A stretch of 64,000 nt of DNA from IMG/VR virus record IMGVR_UViG_3300037063_000214; one strand, written 5' to 3'. The notes beneath the pieces are model-generated. The model was not told where the DNA came from and did no database searches. It worked only from the letters and a program-made list of their open reading frames with translations. Positions 9,301 through 19,500 of the stretch are shown here, in pieces. The position numbers were made by a program, and so were the translations under genes. This DNA is from a virus. Position 1 is the first letter of the stretch, and each line of letters begins with the position of its first letter.

Positions 9301-12300
9301 ATGGGCAGCATACCAGGACTAACACAGGCAGAAAATAACGCGCTTTTGTGGCCGATCAAAGCCAAAGGACAAGTGAATCGTTTAAATCCTCTTGGGGATC
9401 CTACGATTGAGCAATACTACCACTCTGCCATGGAGCAAGGTCGTTTCCTAGAAAAAAGTATAGCTGACGCTAATAACTGGATTCTTCAGAAAAAACAACA
9501 AGCCTTAAAGTACATTCAAACCTACACCCATATGAATTCTTTAGCTGTAGACGGACAGCTCCAACACGGTCCTCGTGCGGTTAAATACATCGCGGACTCT
9601 ATCAGTATCCTAAAAACTGTAGCCCAATTTGAAAAAGAAATTACTGGACTTGCTCAAGCAATTCAGCAGAACCTTACTATGCTTCTGTCTATTGAACAAA
9701 GCATGCTGCAAATGGTTCAGACTAATTCAAATGCTTTAGCAAATTTGCTGAACAATGTTTGTAACTGGGGACTGCCAGCTCGTCCATCAATCCCCAATCT
9801 TTTACCTGAGGGTATGTGGAATTGGAACGGTTTTAATTTTGCTCCGTTAGCTAATTTTGCTAAAGCGTTTGCTACGCCTCCATCATTCAATTTCAATTTT
9901 TCTTTCAGTCAATGTTCGTTGTCTATTCCTGGATTATTTAATTCAGGGGCATTGGGGAATAATATTCCGATATCTGTTACGACTAATAGTGGATTAATGC
10001 TCGGTACGGCGCAGTATATTCCACCTTTAGGGGGTTCTTCATCCTCAGCACCAGGGGCATCCCCAGTTTATGGACCTACATTTAATCCTAATACATCAAT
10101 GAATGGAGCGGTACCCGACCCCCATACTATTGTTGATAATTATTTAATGCCCGCAGCTACTTACATGAACAACATTGTATCCATTACACCGGTGTTGAGA
10201 GGGGATACAGTAGAACCTACAGATGCTGATTACTCAAACCCCAATTATACAGTTAGGGCAGCAGGGTTGCGCAAAGACCTAATTCATTTCATCACATTAG
10301 GTAATATCGTAGCCAATAATTATGATCCGTTTATAACCAGCGCGTGGATTTTATACCTCAATGCTACGCACATCGGGCGGGGTGGCAATTGGTTACCAAA
10401 TTTTGAATCCGTGTACGAACAATACATTCAACCGTCCATCACTTATTTGCAGAACACTCCTGTGCCTTACAATAATGTCAGTGGAAATGGTGTAGAGTAC
10501 ATGAGTATTTGGGGAACTACAGTAGCATACCAAGTAAATGACGTGGTAACTTACAATGGAAATTTGTATATAGCTCTGCAAATCAATACAGGGTATGAAC
10601 CAGACACGAATCCCACATACTGGCAGACACCTATTCCTCTAAATACTGTGTATGAAAACGCCCCAAACAACATACCTCTGATCGCTACCCTTAACAGCTT
10701 AAGTTTAGGAGATAGAAATACGCTGCTGTGGAAACTTTCATATATCGAAGCTTCTTTATTAGGTTACACCAGAAATCAAACATGGGATGCTTATCAAAAC
10801 GCCAATTACCTTTCGAATGTAACTGGATCAGATTTGGATTACACACCTACGGCTATTTCAACTACAACTAGCACTTTGATTTTAGGAGAGGGTGTAGCAG
10901 ATTTTCCTACGCCTATTACATTCCCTAGTTCTATGACAGTGCAATTGAACGCTGTCATAGCAGCCGCAACTATAAATATTCAAAACGATGTTGGATATCT
11001 ATCAGTTCGTTTGGGGAACCGGTACACTTACAATCAGTTTGCACAAGCAACCTTAGTCGATAGATTTAGCCAGTTTTGGCGCGATTTTGCTACCAATCTT
11101 AAAATTCTTCTGGCTCAAGATCCTTATCTTGTTCAATTTGTAATCACATATTTTGGTACATTGAACGGAGCCTTAAACCCCCTAGCTGATGCTACGGCAT
11201 ATAACGCCCTACAAGTAGACACTTCGAGTAGAAATCGATCCTGGACGCCTGGAACCCCCTTGCTGAGTATCCCAATCGCACCTATAGTATCCTACACTGA
11301 CAATGGTTCTCCCCCATCTACAGGGGGTTGGATCAATCCTCCAATAGATTTTGACCCTAATACTTTTCTTGCACGCCCCGATGTACAGGGACAACCTATT
11401 CCAGTGCAGATGGCCATGCTACGTACAAACATAAGCTACGCCGCCCTACAAACTTTCAAAAACAACTTCCAAAATGAAATTGCGGGACAAATTGCAAATG
11501 CTCAAAGTATCTTGGCACAATCCCAACAAATAGGGTTTCATGTGACGGCTGTGAATGATACCACAACCGTACCCTCGGGGGCGAGTATTCCTGTTCTATT
11601 TGATGACAGTACAAATTCAGCTTTGGGGGATTACGATTACACGGGAAATGTAACTAATCCCACTACTTTTACAATTCAAGCCGCAGGTGATTATGCTGGT
11701 TATGGACAATTGGATTGGGTTGCGACAGTTGCCGGAACTTATAATGTTACGATAAATCAAAACGGTGTTGGAATATTTACTACATCTGTAACTACGACAT
11801 CAGCCAATGCAAGTTTAACATTGCCATTTTCGTTTGCGGGTAGTTTTGCTCAAGGAGATGTGGTGCAAGTTATCGCCAATCAAGATAATGGGGTACCCCA
11901 AAATGTTATACCCCAGAGTTTTTTTAGCCTGGTTCAAACAGGAGCTCAAACTACTAGCAGCGGTTCTCCTCCTGTAACTCCTAGTGATACTACCACCATG
12001 TTTACTATGGTTAATTCCTTACCCACTTGGGTAAGCAGTCCCGTACCCGCGGCTACGGTTGTACAAGTTATTCAACCAAATGGAAATGTAGTACCAGTGG
12101 ATCCATTTGTTCCTGGTGTTTCTTTAATTCAAATCACGAACCCTAATGTGGTTATGATTACTGTAGATACTACACATCATTTCTTTATGGGGCAATTGAT
12201 AGTATTTTCTGGGTTTGATGCAGCCAGCTTTGTTAATAATCAAGTCGCTCTTATTACCGGAATTACAACAAATACATTTACAGCTACCTTTATTTCATAT

Positions 12301-12657
12301 ACTCACGCGAGTTACGGTCCAGCATCAGACACAGGGAATGTGTATTTAGCGATTGATGATTCCGGATCAATTTTATCTCCGAATCCTGATGGAATTACAA
12401 TCGCTTCCGCAGCTGCGGGGAGTATGGTAAGTGTTAATACGATTTACGGAGAATCGGTGCAGATACCAGGTCTTACTTTAACTGTTGGACAACCTGTTTA
12501 TGCGGGGTTGAATGGTGTATTGACTCAAGACTATACAACTCTCATCACTCAAGTAGGGTGGGTAATGTATATAGGAATGGCCATACCTGGAACTTTAACA
12601 TTACCGCAGACTGATACTATACTTTACGAGCCGCACATTCCAACAATATATATATAG
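9301..12657 (+). CDS. Tail fibre/receptor-binding-like protein (1118 aa) with a CBM5/12-like motif and one GF-x-N...FTA module
   Basis: VAYQVNDVVTYNGNLYIALQINTGYEPDTNPTYWQ resembles chitin-binding CBM5/12 (aromatic...GD.V.Y.G..Y...W). Later SGFDAASFVNNQVALITGITTNTFTATF is the recurring module. GAGAG SD before the ATG. Confidence 0.65.
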   Translation: MGSIPGLTQAENNALLWPIKAKGQVNRLNPLGDPTIEQYYHSAMEQGRFLEKSIADANNWILQKKQQALKYIQTYTHMNSLAVDGQLQHGPRAVKYIADSISILKTVAQFEKEITGLAQAIQQNLTMLLSIEQSMLQMVQTNSNALANLLNNVCNWGLPARPSIPNLLPEGMWNWNGFNFAPLANFAKAFATPPSFNFNFSFSQCSLSIPGLFNSGALGNNIPISVTTNSGLMLGTAQYIPPLGGSSSSAPGASPVYGPTFNPNTSMNGAVPDPHTIVDNYLMPAATYMNNIVSITPVLRGDTVEPTDADYSNPNYTVRAAGLRKDLIHFITLGNIVANNYDPFITSAWILYLNATHIGRGGNWLPNFESVYEQYIQPSITYLQNTPVPYNNVSGNGVEYMSIWGTTVAYQVNDVVTYNGNLYIALQINTGYEPDTNPTYWQTPIPLNTVYENAPNNIPLIATLNSLSLGDRNTLLWKLSYIEASLLGYTRNQTWDAYQNANYLSNVTGSDLDYTPTAISTTTSTLILGEGVADFPTPITFPSSMTVQLNAVIAAATINIQNDVGYLSVRLGNRYTYNQFAQATLVDRFSQFWRDFATNLKILLAQDPYLVQFVITYFGTLNGALNPLADATAYNALQVDTSSRNRSWTPGTPLLSIPIAPIVSYTDNGSPPSTGGWINPPIDFDPNTFLARPDVQGQPIPVQMAMLRTNISYAALQTFKNNFQNEIAGQIANAQSILAQSQQIGFHVTAVNDTTTVPSGASIPVLFDDSTNSALGDYDYTGNVTNPTTFTIQAAGDYAGYGQLDWVATVAGTYNVTINQNGVGIFTTSVTTTSANASLTLPFSFAGSFAQGDVVQVIANQDNGVPQNVIPQSFFSLVQTGAQTTSSGSPPVTPSDTTTMFTMVNSLPTWVSSPVPAATVVQVIQPNGNVVPVDPFVPGVSLIQITNPNVVMITVDTTHHFFMGQLIVFSGFDAASFVNNQVALITGITTNTFTATFISYTHASYGPASDTGNVYLAIDDSGSILSPNPDGITIASAAAGSMVSVNTIYGESVQIPGLTLTVGQPVYAGLNGVLTQDYTTLITQVGWVMYIGMAIPGTLTLPQTDTILYEPHIPTIYI

Positions 12658-12660
12658 TAA

Positions 12661-13797
12661 TCAGTATTCATATCCAATTAGAGTAAAAGTGACATTTGCG
12701 GTTGTTGTATCACTCAACTGACTGATACCAATTTCTTGTCCCCCGGCAATCTCTAAACCATCTGGAATACTAATCTCTCCGTAGCCCGCGTTGTTTGTTA
12801 CACCAGAAGTACTTAGTAACAATCCAAGAACAACCGGAGAAGAAGCATTTACAGTGCTCGCTGATCGTATACGCAATTTCACATATTCTACAACAGAACT
12901 AGGTTCTTGAATTGACGCGCAAAAAGACTGTATTCGTAAAGTTTTCCCAGTTGTCACAGTATAAGTAGTAGCTGGAGAACTAACGGTTCCTGCGCGATTG
13001 GCACCAACATTAATCAAAGTCTCGGATGTAGTGGTAGCGATAGAATCAATAAACCATACGCAATAAACCCTTCCTGTATCTTTGTATTCTATTACAAAAA
13101 GATTTTTATTTGTATCTAAAAATAAAGGTTCCAGTACATTACTAGCGTTTTGCCCCATCGCTACTGTGCCTGTAGGTGTGGTTACGGATGCTCCAGCGGT
13201 GTATTGGGTTCCTCCCCCACCCCCTGAATCTACGATTACATGCTGAGCACTGGGAAAAACAACTGTGGCGTTTAAACCGGCCGCTGCGGGTTGAGATACA
13301 ATAAGATCGCCGTCACCATTCACTGAGATATTAAGCATAGCCCCGGCAGCATCCACTCCAGCGACTAAAACGGGATTAACTGTAGTTGCACTTGTACCCG
13401 CAGCTTGAATTCCCTGCACTAAAGGATCAGCCCAAACAGCCGTTGCATTACCTGGTTGCGAAATGGGGATTTGTCCAGCATGGGTTAGGATTCCAATAAT
13501 TGGTATGCCATTGATCTCTGTGGCGTTGATGACACCAGAGCCAGTAGGGCCTAAAGTAGCACCAGAGCCTACAACTAGATTCGCTGTGGTGTTTATCCCA
13601 CTGAGAATTCCATTAAATGCTATGGATCCCGTGGGGGAAATGAGGGTAGGGTCAATAATTCCCAACGCATTTAAAGAGACGATTTTACCTGAATCTGCAA
13701 CGCCGCTACTGGTGACTACCACCCCCACTAGCTGTTCTTTTGACGGACCGCCAGGAACAGATTGGGTTATCGAGAAAGTTTTATAAACATCAGGCAC
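12661..13797 (-). CDS. Tail fibre-like protein (378 aa), Gly/Thr/Ser-rich, encoded on the opposite strand
   Basis: GTG start at 13797 with GAGGA SD (revcomp cgaggataaaattGTGcct). Repetitive G/T/S/N-rich composition typical of fibres. Convergent with 9301..12657. Confidence 0.6.
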   Translation of the reverse strand: MPDVYKTFSITQSVPGGPSKEQLVGVVVTSSGVADSGKIVSLNALGIIDPTLISPTGSIAFNGILSGINTTANLVVGSGATLGPTGSGVINATEINGIPIIGILTHAGQIPISQPGNATAVWADPLVQGIQAAGTSATTVNPVLVAGVDAAGAMLNISVNGDGDLIVSQPAAAGLNATVVFPSAQHVIVDSGGGGGTQYTAGASVTTPTGTVAMGQNASNVLEPLFLDTNKNLFVIEYKDTGRVYCVWFIDSIATTTSETLINVGANRAGTVSSPATTYTVTTGKTLRIQSFCASIQEPSSVVEYVKLRIRSASTVNASSPVVLGLLLSTSGVTNNAGYGEISIPDGLEIAGGQEIGISQLSDTTTANVTFTLIGYEY

Positions 13798-13873
13798 AAT
13801 TTTATCCTCGTTTAAAGAAATGAATAGTCAAGCTACATTAAGTTGTTGAAAATAAAGACATTCAAATAAAATA

Positions 13874-13903
13874 TTGACAATTTTCCCCATTTTAGGGTAT
13901 TAT
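13874..13903 (+). promoter_or_regulatory. Consensus sigma70-like promoter TTGACA-N18-TATTAT
   Basis: ttgaca at 13874-13879, tattat at 13898-13903, in a 250-nt non-coding gap. A leader of about 148 nt precedes the 14052 ATG. Confidence 0.6.
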
Positions 13904-14051
13904 ATTCGATGGGGAGCTTCAGGTCATTGATCGACCGAATGGCTCCTAAAAGTGTTTATGGAGGAAAACAAAATATAAGTCCTACCAATTCAATGCTTTA
14001 CGGTGGACGAAGTAGCTACAAAATCTTGTAATTCAGAATAACGGAGATTAT

Positions 14052-14573
14052 ATGAGAGCATTACTGTTGCTCGTCACCATGTGGGTGCTTCCCGCTTTGG
14101 TGGCTGCACAAACGTATGACAAGCAAAAGATTGACTCATTCGCATCTGCGATAGCACACGCAGAAGGATTCAATGTTAAACATTCTATTCCAGCGAAATA
14201 CCATAACCCAGGTGACATAAAAAGTCGCCCAAACTTCCATCCTTTTCCAGGTCAAAAGGCTATAGGTAAAGGTGGACACATTATTTTCAAAACAGATAAG
14301 GCCGGATGGGACGCTTTGAATGATCAAATCAAAAAAATGATTGATGGTCGATCAAAGCACTTCAATCCCAACATGACAATTGTTCAAGTAGCAAAACGTT
14401 ACGCGCAAAACTGGAAACCTTGGGTTAAAATTGTGACGCATGAATTGAATGTCAACCCAAATATAACCCTAAAAAAGCTGCTAACCTCCGATGAGCCTGA
14501 GATTTTTCTACCCTTGACAGCTTTTAATTTACCTCCGCCTACGCTAATGCTCCCAACATTAGCGAAAAATTAA
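14052..14573 (+). CDS. Secreted hypothetical protein (173 aa) with an N-terminal signal peptide
   Basis: GGAG SD 9 nt upstream. MRALLLLVTMWVLPALVAAQ is a signal peptide with an AxA-like cleavage site. Confidence 0.6.
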   Translation: MRALLLLVTMWVLPALVAAQTYDKQKIDSFASAIAHAEGFNVKHSIPAKYHNPGDIKSRPNFHPFPGQKAIGKGGHIIFKTDKAGWDALNDQIKKMIDGRSKHFNPNMTIVQVAKRYAQNWKPWVKIVTHELNVNPNITLKKLLTSDEPEIFLPLTAFNLPPPTLMLPTLAKN

Positions 14574-14594
14574 TCTCGCACAGTATTAGTATGC

Positions 14595-14888
14595 ATGCGC
14601 GTAATCCAATTACCGGATGTACTATTCGAATATCTCGTCCATGTAATTGAGAAGCACTCCTCTTCCGGCATCCATCCGGAAGAGGGTCTAGCTGTTTTTC
14701 AATTATGGGACATTCTAAAAAATAGGTCTACTCACATTGATGATGCTGCTATAGAAAAAATGACAGCAGCTGGTTCCCCAGTAGGGCAATCCCCAGCTGA
14801 CCCTTTAGGGAAAATACGCCACCCAGAAGATGAGTCTGATATTCTTCCCAACACAAAAGGAAAAGCTACTGGAGTGTGTGATTTATAA
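14595..14888 (+). CDS. Hypothetical small protein (97 aa)
   Basis: ORF only; acidic; no SD checked; convergent with the lysozyme gene. Confidence 0.3.
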   Translation: MRVIQLPDVLFEYLVHVIEKHSSSGIHPEEGLAVFQLWDILKNRSTHIDDAAIEKMTAAGSPVGQSPADPLGKIRHPEDESDILPNTKGKATGVCDL

Positions 14889-14908
14889 ACCGTGGGGCGT
14901 AGCGTAAA

Positions 14909-15337
14909 TCATTGCCAAGTTCCGGTTATGAGTTGGGTAGCTAAACGGCCGTATCTGGCTGGGAGTTCTTTAGCGGCGGCACTTTGTAGCAAGTTTGACG
15001 CTGCTTCGTCCCATTCCCCTCGCTGCATATATGATAAGGTGTTGTGAAAAGCGAGTAGTCCATGGACGCCTACATTAAATCCTACATTAATAAGAACACC
15101 TTGTCGTACTACATCTAATTTTGAGAACCAGGGTAAATTAGCGTTGAGATTAGCCACGACACTTGTCACATCATCATTCAAAATAGAGTTGCTTTGAGCT
15201 AAAGTAATACCGCACCCCCGGCGTTTATCAATACAATGACCTGTTCCTATTGTCCAATAACCATCATCATCTGGGTATGCGTATAAAACTGTTCCTTCAT
15301 CCCGATCGAGCTGTGAAATAATATCTGTAATTGCCAT
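14909..15337 (-). CDS. T4-type lysozyme (glycoside hydrolase family 24), endolysin
   Basis: DEGTVLYAYPDDDGYWTIGTGH ... LINVGFNVG ... WDEAASNL ... ITGTW matches the T4 lysozyme catalytic E/D/T core and the C-terminal WDEAA..TGTW signature. 142 aa. Confidence 0.85.
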   Translation of the reverse strand: MAITDIISQLDRDEGTVLYAYPDDDGYWTIGTGHCIDKRRGCGITLAQSNSILNDDVTSVVANLNANLPWFSKLDVVRQGVLINVGFNVGVHGLLAFHNTLSYMQRGEWDEAASNLLQSAAAKELPARYGRLATQLITGTWQ

Positions 15338-15351
15338 TGTTATCTTCCTAT

Positions 15352-16137
15352 TTATAAAGCTACATCCACATACACTTGATCTAAAGCAAAATTTATTGTT
15401 AAAATCATATGGGATTGTGCGGGAGTAGGATTGATAGCTGCTTCCCCTAACGAACTAGCTGGGGAATAACCCTCTATTACTCCCATCGGATTTGCTAAGG
15501 TTAACGTAGTAGACGATGATCCCAGACAGTTAAATGTCCCGTTATTACCAGCGTTTACAAAACCCTTGATTGTAAGGGAGTACCCTGTATAAGCGTTGTT
15601 AATCCCTCCGGGGATAGTTCCTATATATGTTGTACTATCGGGTGGAGAGCTTAGTTTTTCCACGGATACTAGAGAAAACAACCCTAGTTGGTTGCCTGCA
15701 TCAGGTGAAAAGATAATTGAAATAACACCGTCTGCATAGGTTAGTCCTTGAGGGGAAAATCCTTGGAGTGATCCGTTGTAGTTATCGCTTAAAGCAAATC
15801 CATCAGCTAGTAAAAATTGCATCCACATCGGTAATTCTGAGGCTTGAGTAACGGGAACACTTTGATCTAAAATTACCAAGGATGCTAAGGAAAGCAGTAC
15901 TAAACCATAGGTAGGAAAGGCTGCTGTGCTTCCTCTGTATGGATTAGGGCTGTTAGCAAATTCTGTGTACCAGGAAGCGTATACAGGACCTATATCCTGC
16001 ACACCATTGGTGTAGTGAGTTCCGTCAAAAGAAAATCCGGTGTGGTTATTTGCAACTGGAAAGTAAAACCCATCATTTGTTCTGGGTTGTAAATCCAAGG
16101 AGGCTACTGTATCGATATTTAGGTAGTTGTAAGCCAT
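15352..16137 (-). CDS. Hypothetical protein (261 aa) carrying one AYTGY...GF-x-N-x-x-NNGTF-x-C...TLTL module
   Basis: AYTGYSLTIKGFVNAGNNGTFNCLGSSSTTLTLANPMGV parallels two repeats in 20643..26258. 4-nt gap to the lysozyme gene, so co-transcribed with it. Confidence 0.55.
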   Translation of the reverse strand: MAYNYLNIDTVASLDLQPRTNDGFYFPVANNHTGFSFDGTHYTNGVQDIGPVYASWYTEFANSPNPYRGSTAAFPTYGLVLLSLASLVILDQSVPVTQASELPMWMQFLLADGFALSDNYNGSLQGFSPQGLTYADGVISIIFSPDAGNQLGLFSLVSVEKLSSPPDSTTYIGTIPGGINNAYTGYSLTIKGFVNAGNNGTFNCLGSSSTTLTLANPMGVIEGYSPASSLGEAAINPTPAQSHMILTINFALDQVYVDVAL

Positions 16138-16191
16138 ATCTAATAACTATTTTGTTAGTTGATTTGAAAAACCCAACTATCGTTTCCTAAA

Positions 16192-16599
16192 GTGATGCGG
16201 CAGAAAAAAGAACTTAAAGGATTGAAGTTTGGATTTTTATCAGTACTAGGTCTTGGGCTTCCCCAAGGAACGCGGAATAGACCTACTTGGATAGTTCGTT
16301 GTATTTGTGGTAAAGAGAAGTCTATTCGTGAAGATGTCCTTGTGTCTAACAGAGTTAAGAGTTGTGGGTGCGCCTCCGGCCGATTAAAAAAATCAAAAAT
16401 GGAAAAACGATATGGTCTTACGAATAAAAAATTTGGTCGGCTCTGGGTTGTATGGCGTATTGGATCTGTTCAAATAGGGAAATCTTATCATTCTCTTTGG
16501 ATGTGTAAATGCATTTGTGGGACATTTCTTACTGTGCAGGGCGGGAAACTTACCAGTAACAAAACTACAAGTTGTTCAGCTTGTGCGATGGAGGATTAA
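16192..16599 (+). CDS. Tandem zinc-ribbon protein (2x LTVL...WxCxCxCG...SCGC motif), putative DNA-binding/regulatory
   Basis: Two copies of the motif: KFGFLSVL..WIVRCICGKEKSI..SCGC and KFGRLWVV..WMCKCICGTFLTV..SCSAC. First gene of the long + operon. Confidence 0.6.
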   Translation: MMRQKKELKGLKFGFLSVLGLGLPQGTRNRPTWIVRCICGKEKSIREDVLVSNRVKSCGCASGRLKKSKMEKRYGLTNKKFGRLWVVWRIGSVQIGKSYHSLWMCKCICGTFLTVQGGKLTSNKTTSCSACAMED

Positions 16600-19500
16600 A
16601 TGTCAGACCAATATGATCAGAAACAATACCCACTAATAGTAAGTCGTACACTTAATCCCTCGATGAAAGCCCTCGCCACCGTGGTGGCGCGGCACGACGC
16701 GGAAATCACTGACGCGGATATCAATTTAATCCAAGATCTTCAAGATTTAAAAAGGTCTCAGATACTTCAAGATAAATCGTGTGTAAGCGGCTGTTTGACT
16801 TACGCACCTCTGCAATATAATACAGCCATTGCTAATACTTTTTTCATCCCCACCTTTGATGTGTTGTGGAACAATATTGAAATACTAACTATCGCTGGTA
16901 ATATGAGTCCCGATTTAACTCAAAACCGTGTGCAAATACCCACACCCCAAAATTGGACGCCAGGTGTTAACGCTCAAGATGCTCAGATATATGTTGTATT
17001 TCTTGAGATATGGTATCAAGCCCTTAATCCAGTTACCGGGCAGGGGTATTATCAAGATCCTATTACCGGTTTGAATTATTTTTATCCTTACGGAGGAGTC
17101 AATCCCGATCCATCCAATGCTGAAATTGTACCTGATGATTCTATTGATCCGTTTGAGGGGTTGTTTACAACTGAGAGAGCACAGATCCAATGGCGCATCA
17201 ATGTTCAACCTGTAGCTCTAACTTATAATTTTCAGACCTACCAATTTGGTCTAGACCCTGATACCACAGATGCCTCACCTTATGGTGTTCCTCTTAATGT
17301 ATACGCGCAAGCTGGGCAACCAGCCCCTATAGCAGCATCTCAGTACCAATTTTACAACATGGGGAATGTAAACGGGGATACAGGTTTATGGCGAGCTGGG
17401 TCTCCTCCATGGAATTCAATAACTACTTACAATCAAGGAGATGTTGTTACTTATTCCGGTTACACATATTCTAGCACTCAAGGTAGCAATCTCAATAATA
17501 TTCCGTCATCTAATTCATCGTGGGTAGTTACTAGTACAGGAAACGTAAATAATTCTTTGGGTACAATGGATGGTTACAGTTATGCAATGCCGCTGGCTGT
17601 TATCTTTCAACGTAACACCGGAATTTTTGATGTGAACTCCAATATATTTGGATGCGCGAGCGCTACTACCCCCAATTCCGGGGTATTGGCGAATCCCGTT
17701 TCTGGACGTTTTGATTCTCGATTAGCCGACCAGATATTTTCTGATAATGTAGTAGACACTCGTATCATAAACACTTTAGATGCTTGGGATGGAGAACTTC
17801 TTTTAGGGAATGGATTTGGAGATTTAGTACAAGGTAAAACACAGTTAGCGCTTTCTCGTGGATTATCATCGGGCAATAAAGCAGAAGATTTAGGTTCCAC
17901 TCTTCCTTACTATGTATCTATTGGCACAACCCCATCAGGAGGTACAATCCCTAATACATTCCCCGCTGGGTTATTTGATGGTTTTATGAACGGGTTTAGT
18001 AGTGATGCACGAACTTATGAATCCACCTATCAAATTACTACGAGTCAAAAATCTACAGGCATCTCAGGAAATAACTGGGTGTTGGGGGATTCCTTTACTA
18101 TTACTTTACCTTCTACATCTCAAGCTACAATTACCGATATTAGTGTAACGGCTCTTGTAACTCAAGGTACAACCAAAGTGCCCGCAGCTTTGTTACAGGG
18201 TCAGATTACTATTACAGGGCTAGGGTCTTCATCCGCCACAGTTACCTTTACTACAAATCTTACCGGTACACTCTTTGATCCGGGGTCTAATAATCTTTAC
18301 GCCACTATTAGCACAACTTATGCAGCTGGTACGAATGTAAATCTTCAGCAAATTCCATTTACTGTGGATGGTGGAAGTATTTTTGACGCACAAGCAGGTG
18401 CAACAATGCCTGTGTTTGGTATATCAGAATATGATGTACAAGTGCCACAAGTAGTCCTGGCACCGTCGAATCCTGTATATCAAACGGGGGGCGCTTCATT
18501 TGGTGTTTCAGCTAACTCTGTATATGCTATAAGTCCGAAATATTCTGATATTGTATTGGGTACAAAAATTTGGCTGGCAGTACCAGGTTCTCTGGGAACA
18601 TCCCAGACGATAGGTGGAAATTCTGTAACTACTTTCATGCTTCCAATGACCGGCATATCCGGACAACTAAATGGTTTGTACTGTACCTCAGCATGGGATT
18701 TAGCTTCTGACGCACCCTATACAATATCTTCCTGTGTTATGACATCTACGACCCCAGCGGGAATTATGCTTGTTGTTCAACTCCAAGCTTCTGTATCCCC
18801 AAGCTCTACTATTATTTTTTCAATCTTAGCTCAAAACACTGTTCAAACTACTTACAACGCTCCGGTGAAAGGTATTACATCAATTGAAGAAACTGTTATG
18901 TTTGGTAACTATCAATTGAACCAAAACGCAAGCCAAAACTTTCCTTGTGATACGCGAGTCGTGGTAGAAAATGTAAGTCAACCCGGAGGATCAGGCACAC
19001 CCACTACAATAGTTTTAGGGGCTAATGGATGCACTATAAAGGGAATATCCGGAAATGATGTGTCAAGTTTGATTTGGGTAGCAGATAATTCAGGAAATTT
19101 AAATTCCCTTCCAATCACCAGTATCAATTTTGTAAATGATGTAGTAGTTGTAGTTGTGCCAGGTACTGTAAATCTAGTAGGAAATTCTGCTCAACCATTT
19201 TTATTTTGCGGTAGTATTTTGCCCGCCTTATCTGCTACATCTACCTTTATTGTAGAAATTCGTTACATACCTTATCAAGGGGAGGGTGTGATTAATAGAG
19301 ATTATGAAATTTTAGCATCAGAAGATAACGCACTGGTGACATCTAACGGAACGGGTTCCGCCCCAATTATTGGATTAACAGATGTTTATCCCTATAACAG
19401 AGAACTGCCAATTATTACCACGCTCCCAGCGCAATCAAGTTGGGGAGATGCCGGTCTGACTAACACTCCACTAGCTTCTGTATTCGATTCAAATTATGTA

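Noticed and set aside
13463-13786. ORF 13463..13786(+) antisense to the minus-strand fibre gene
   Set aside because: It lies fully inside 12661..13797(-), which has a proper GTG/SD start and coherent fibre-like composition.
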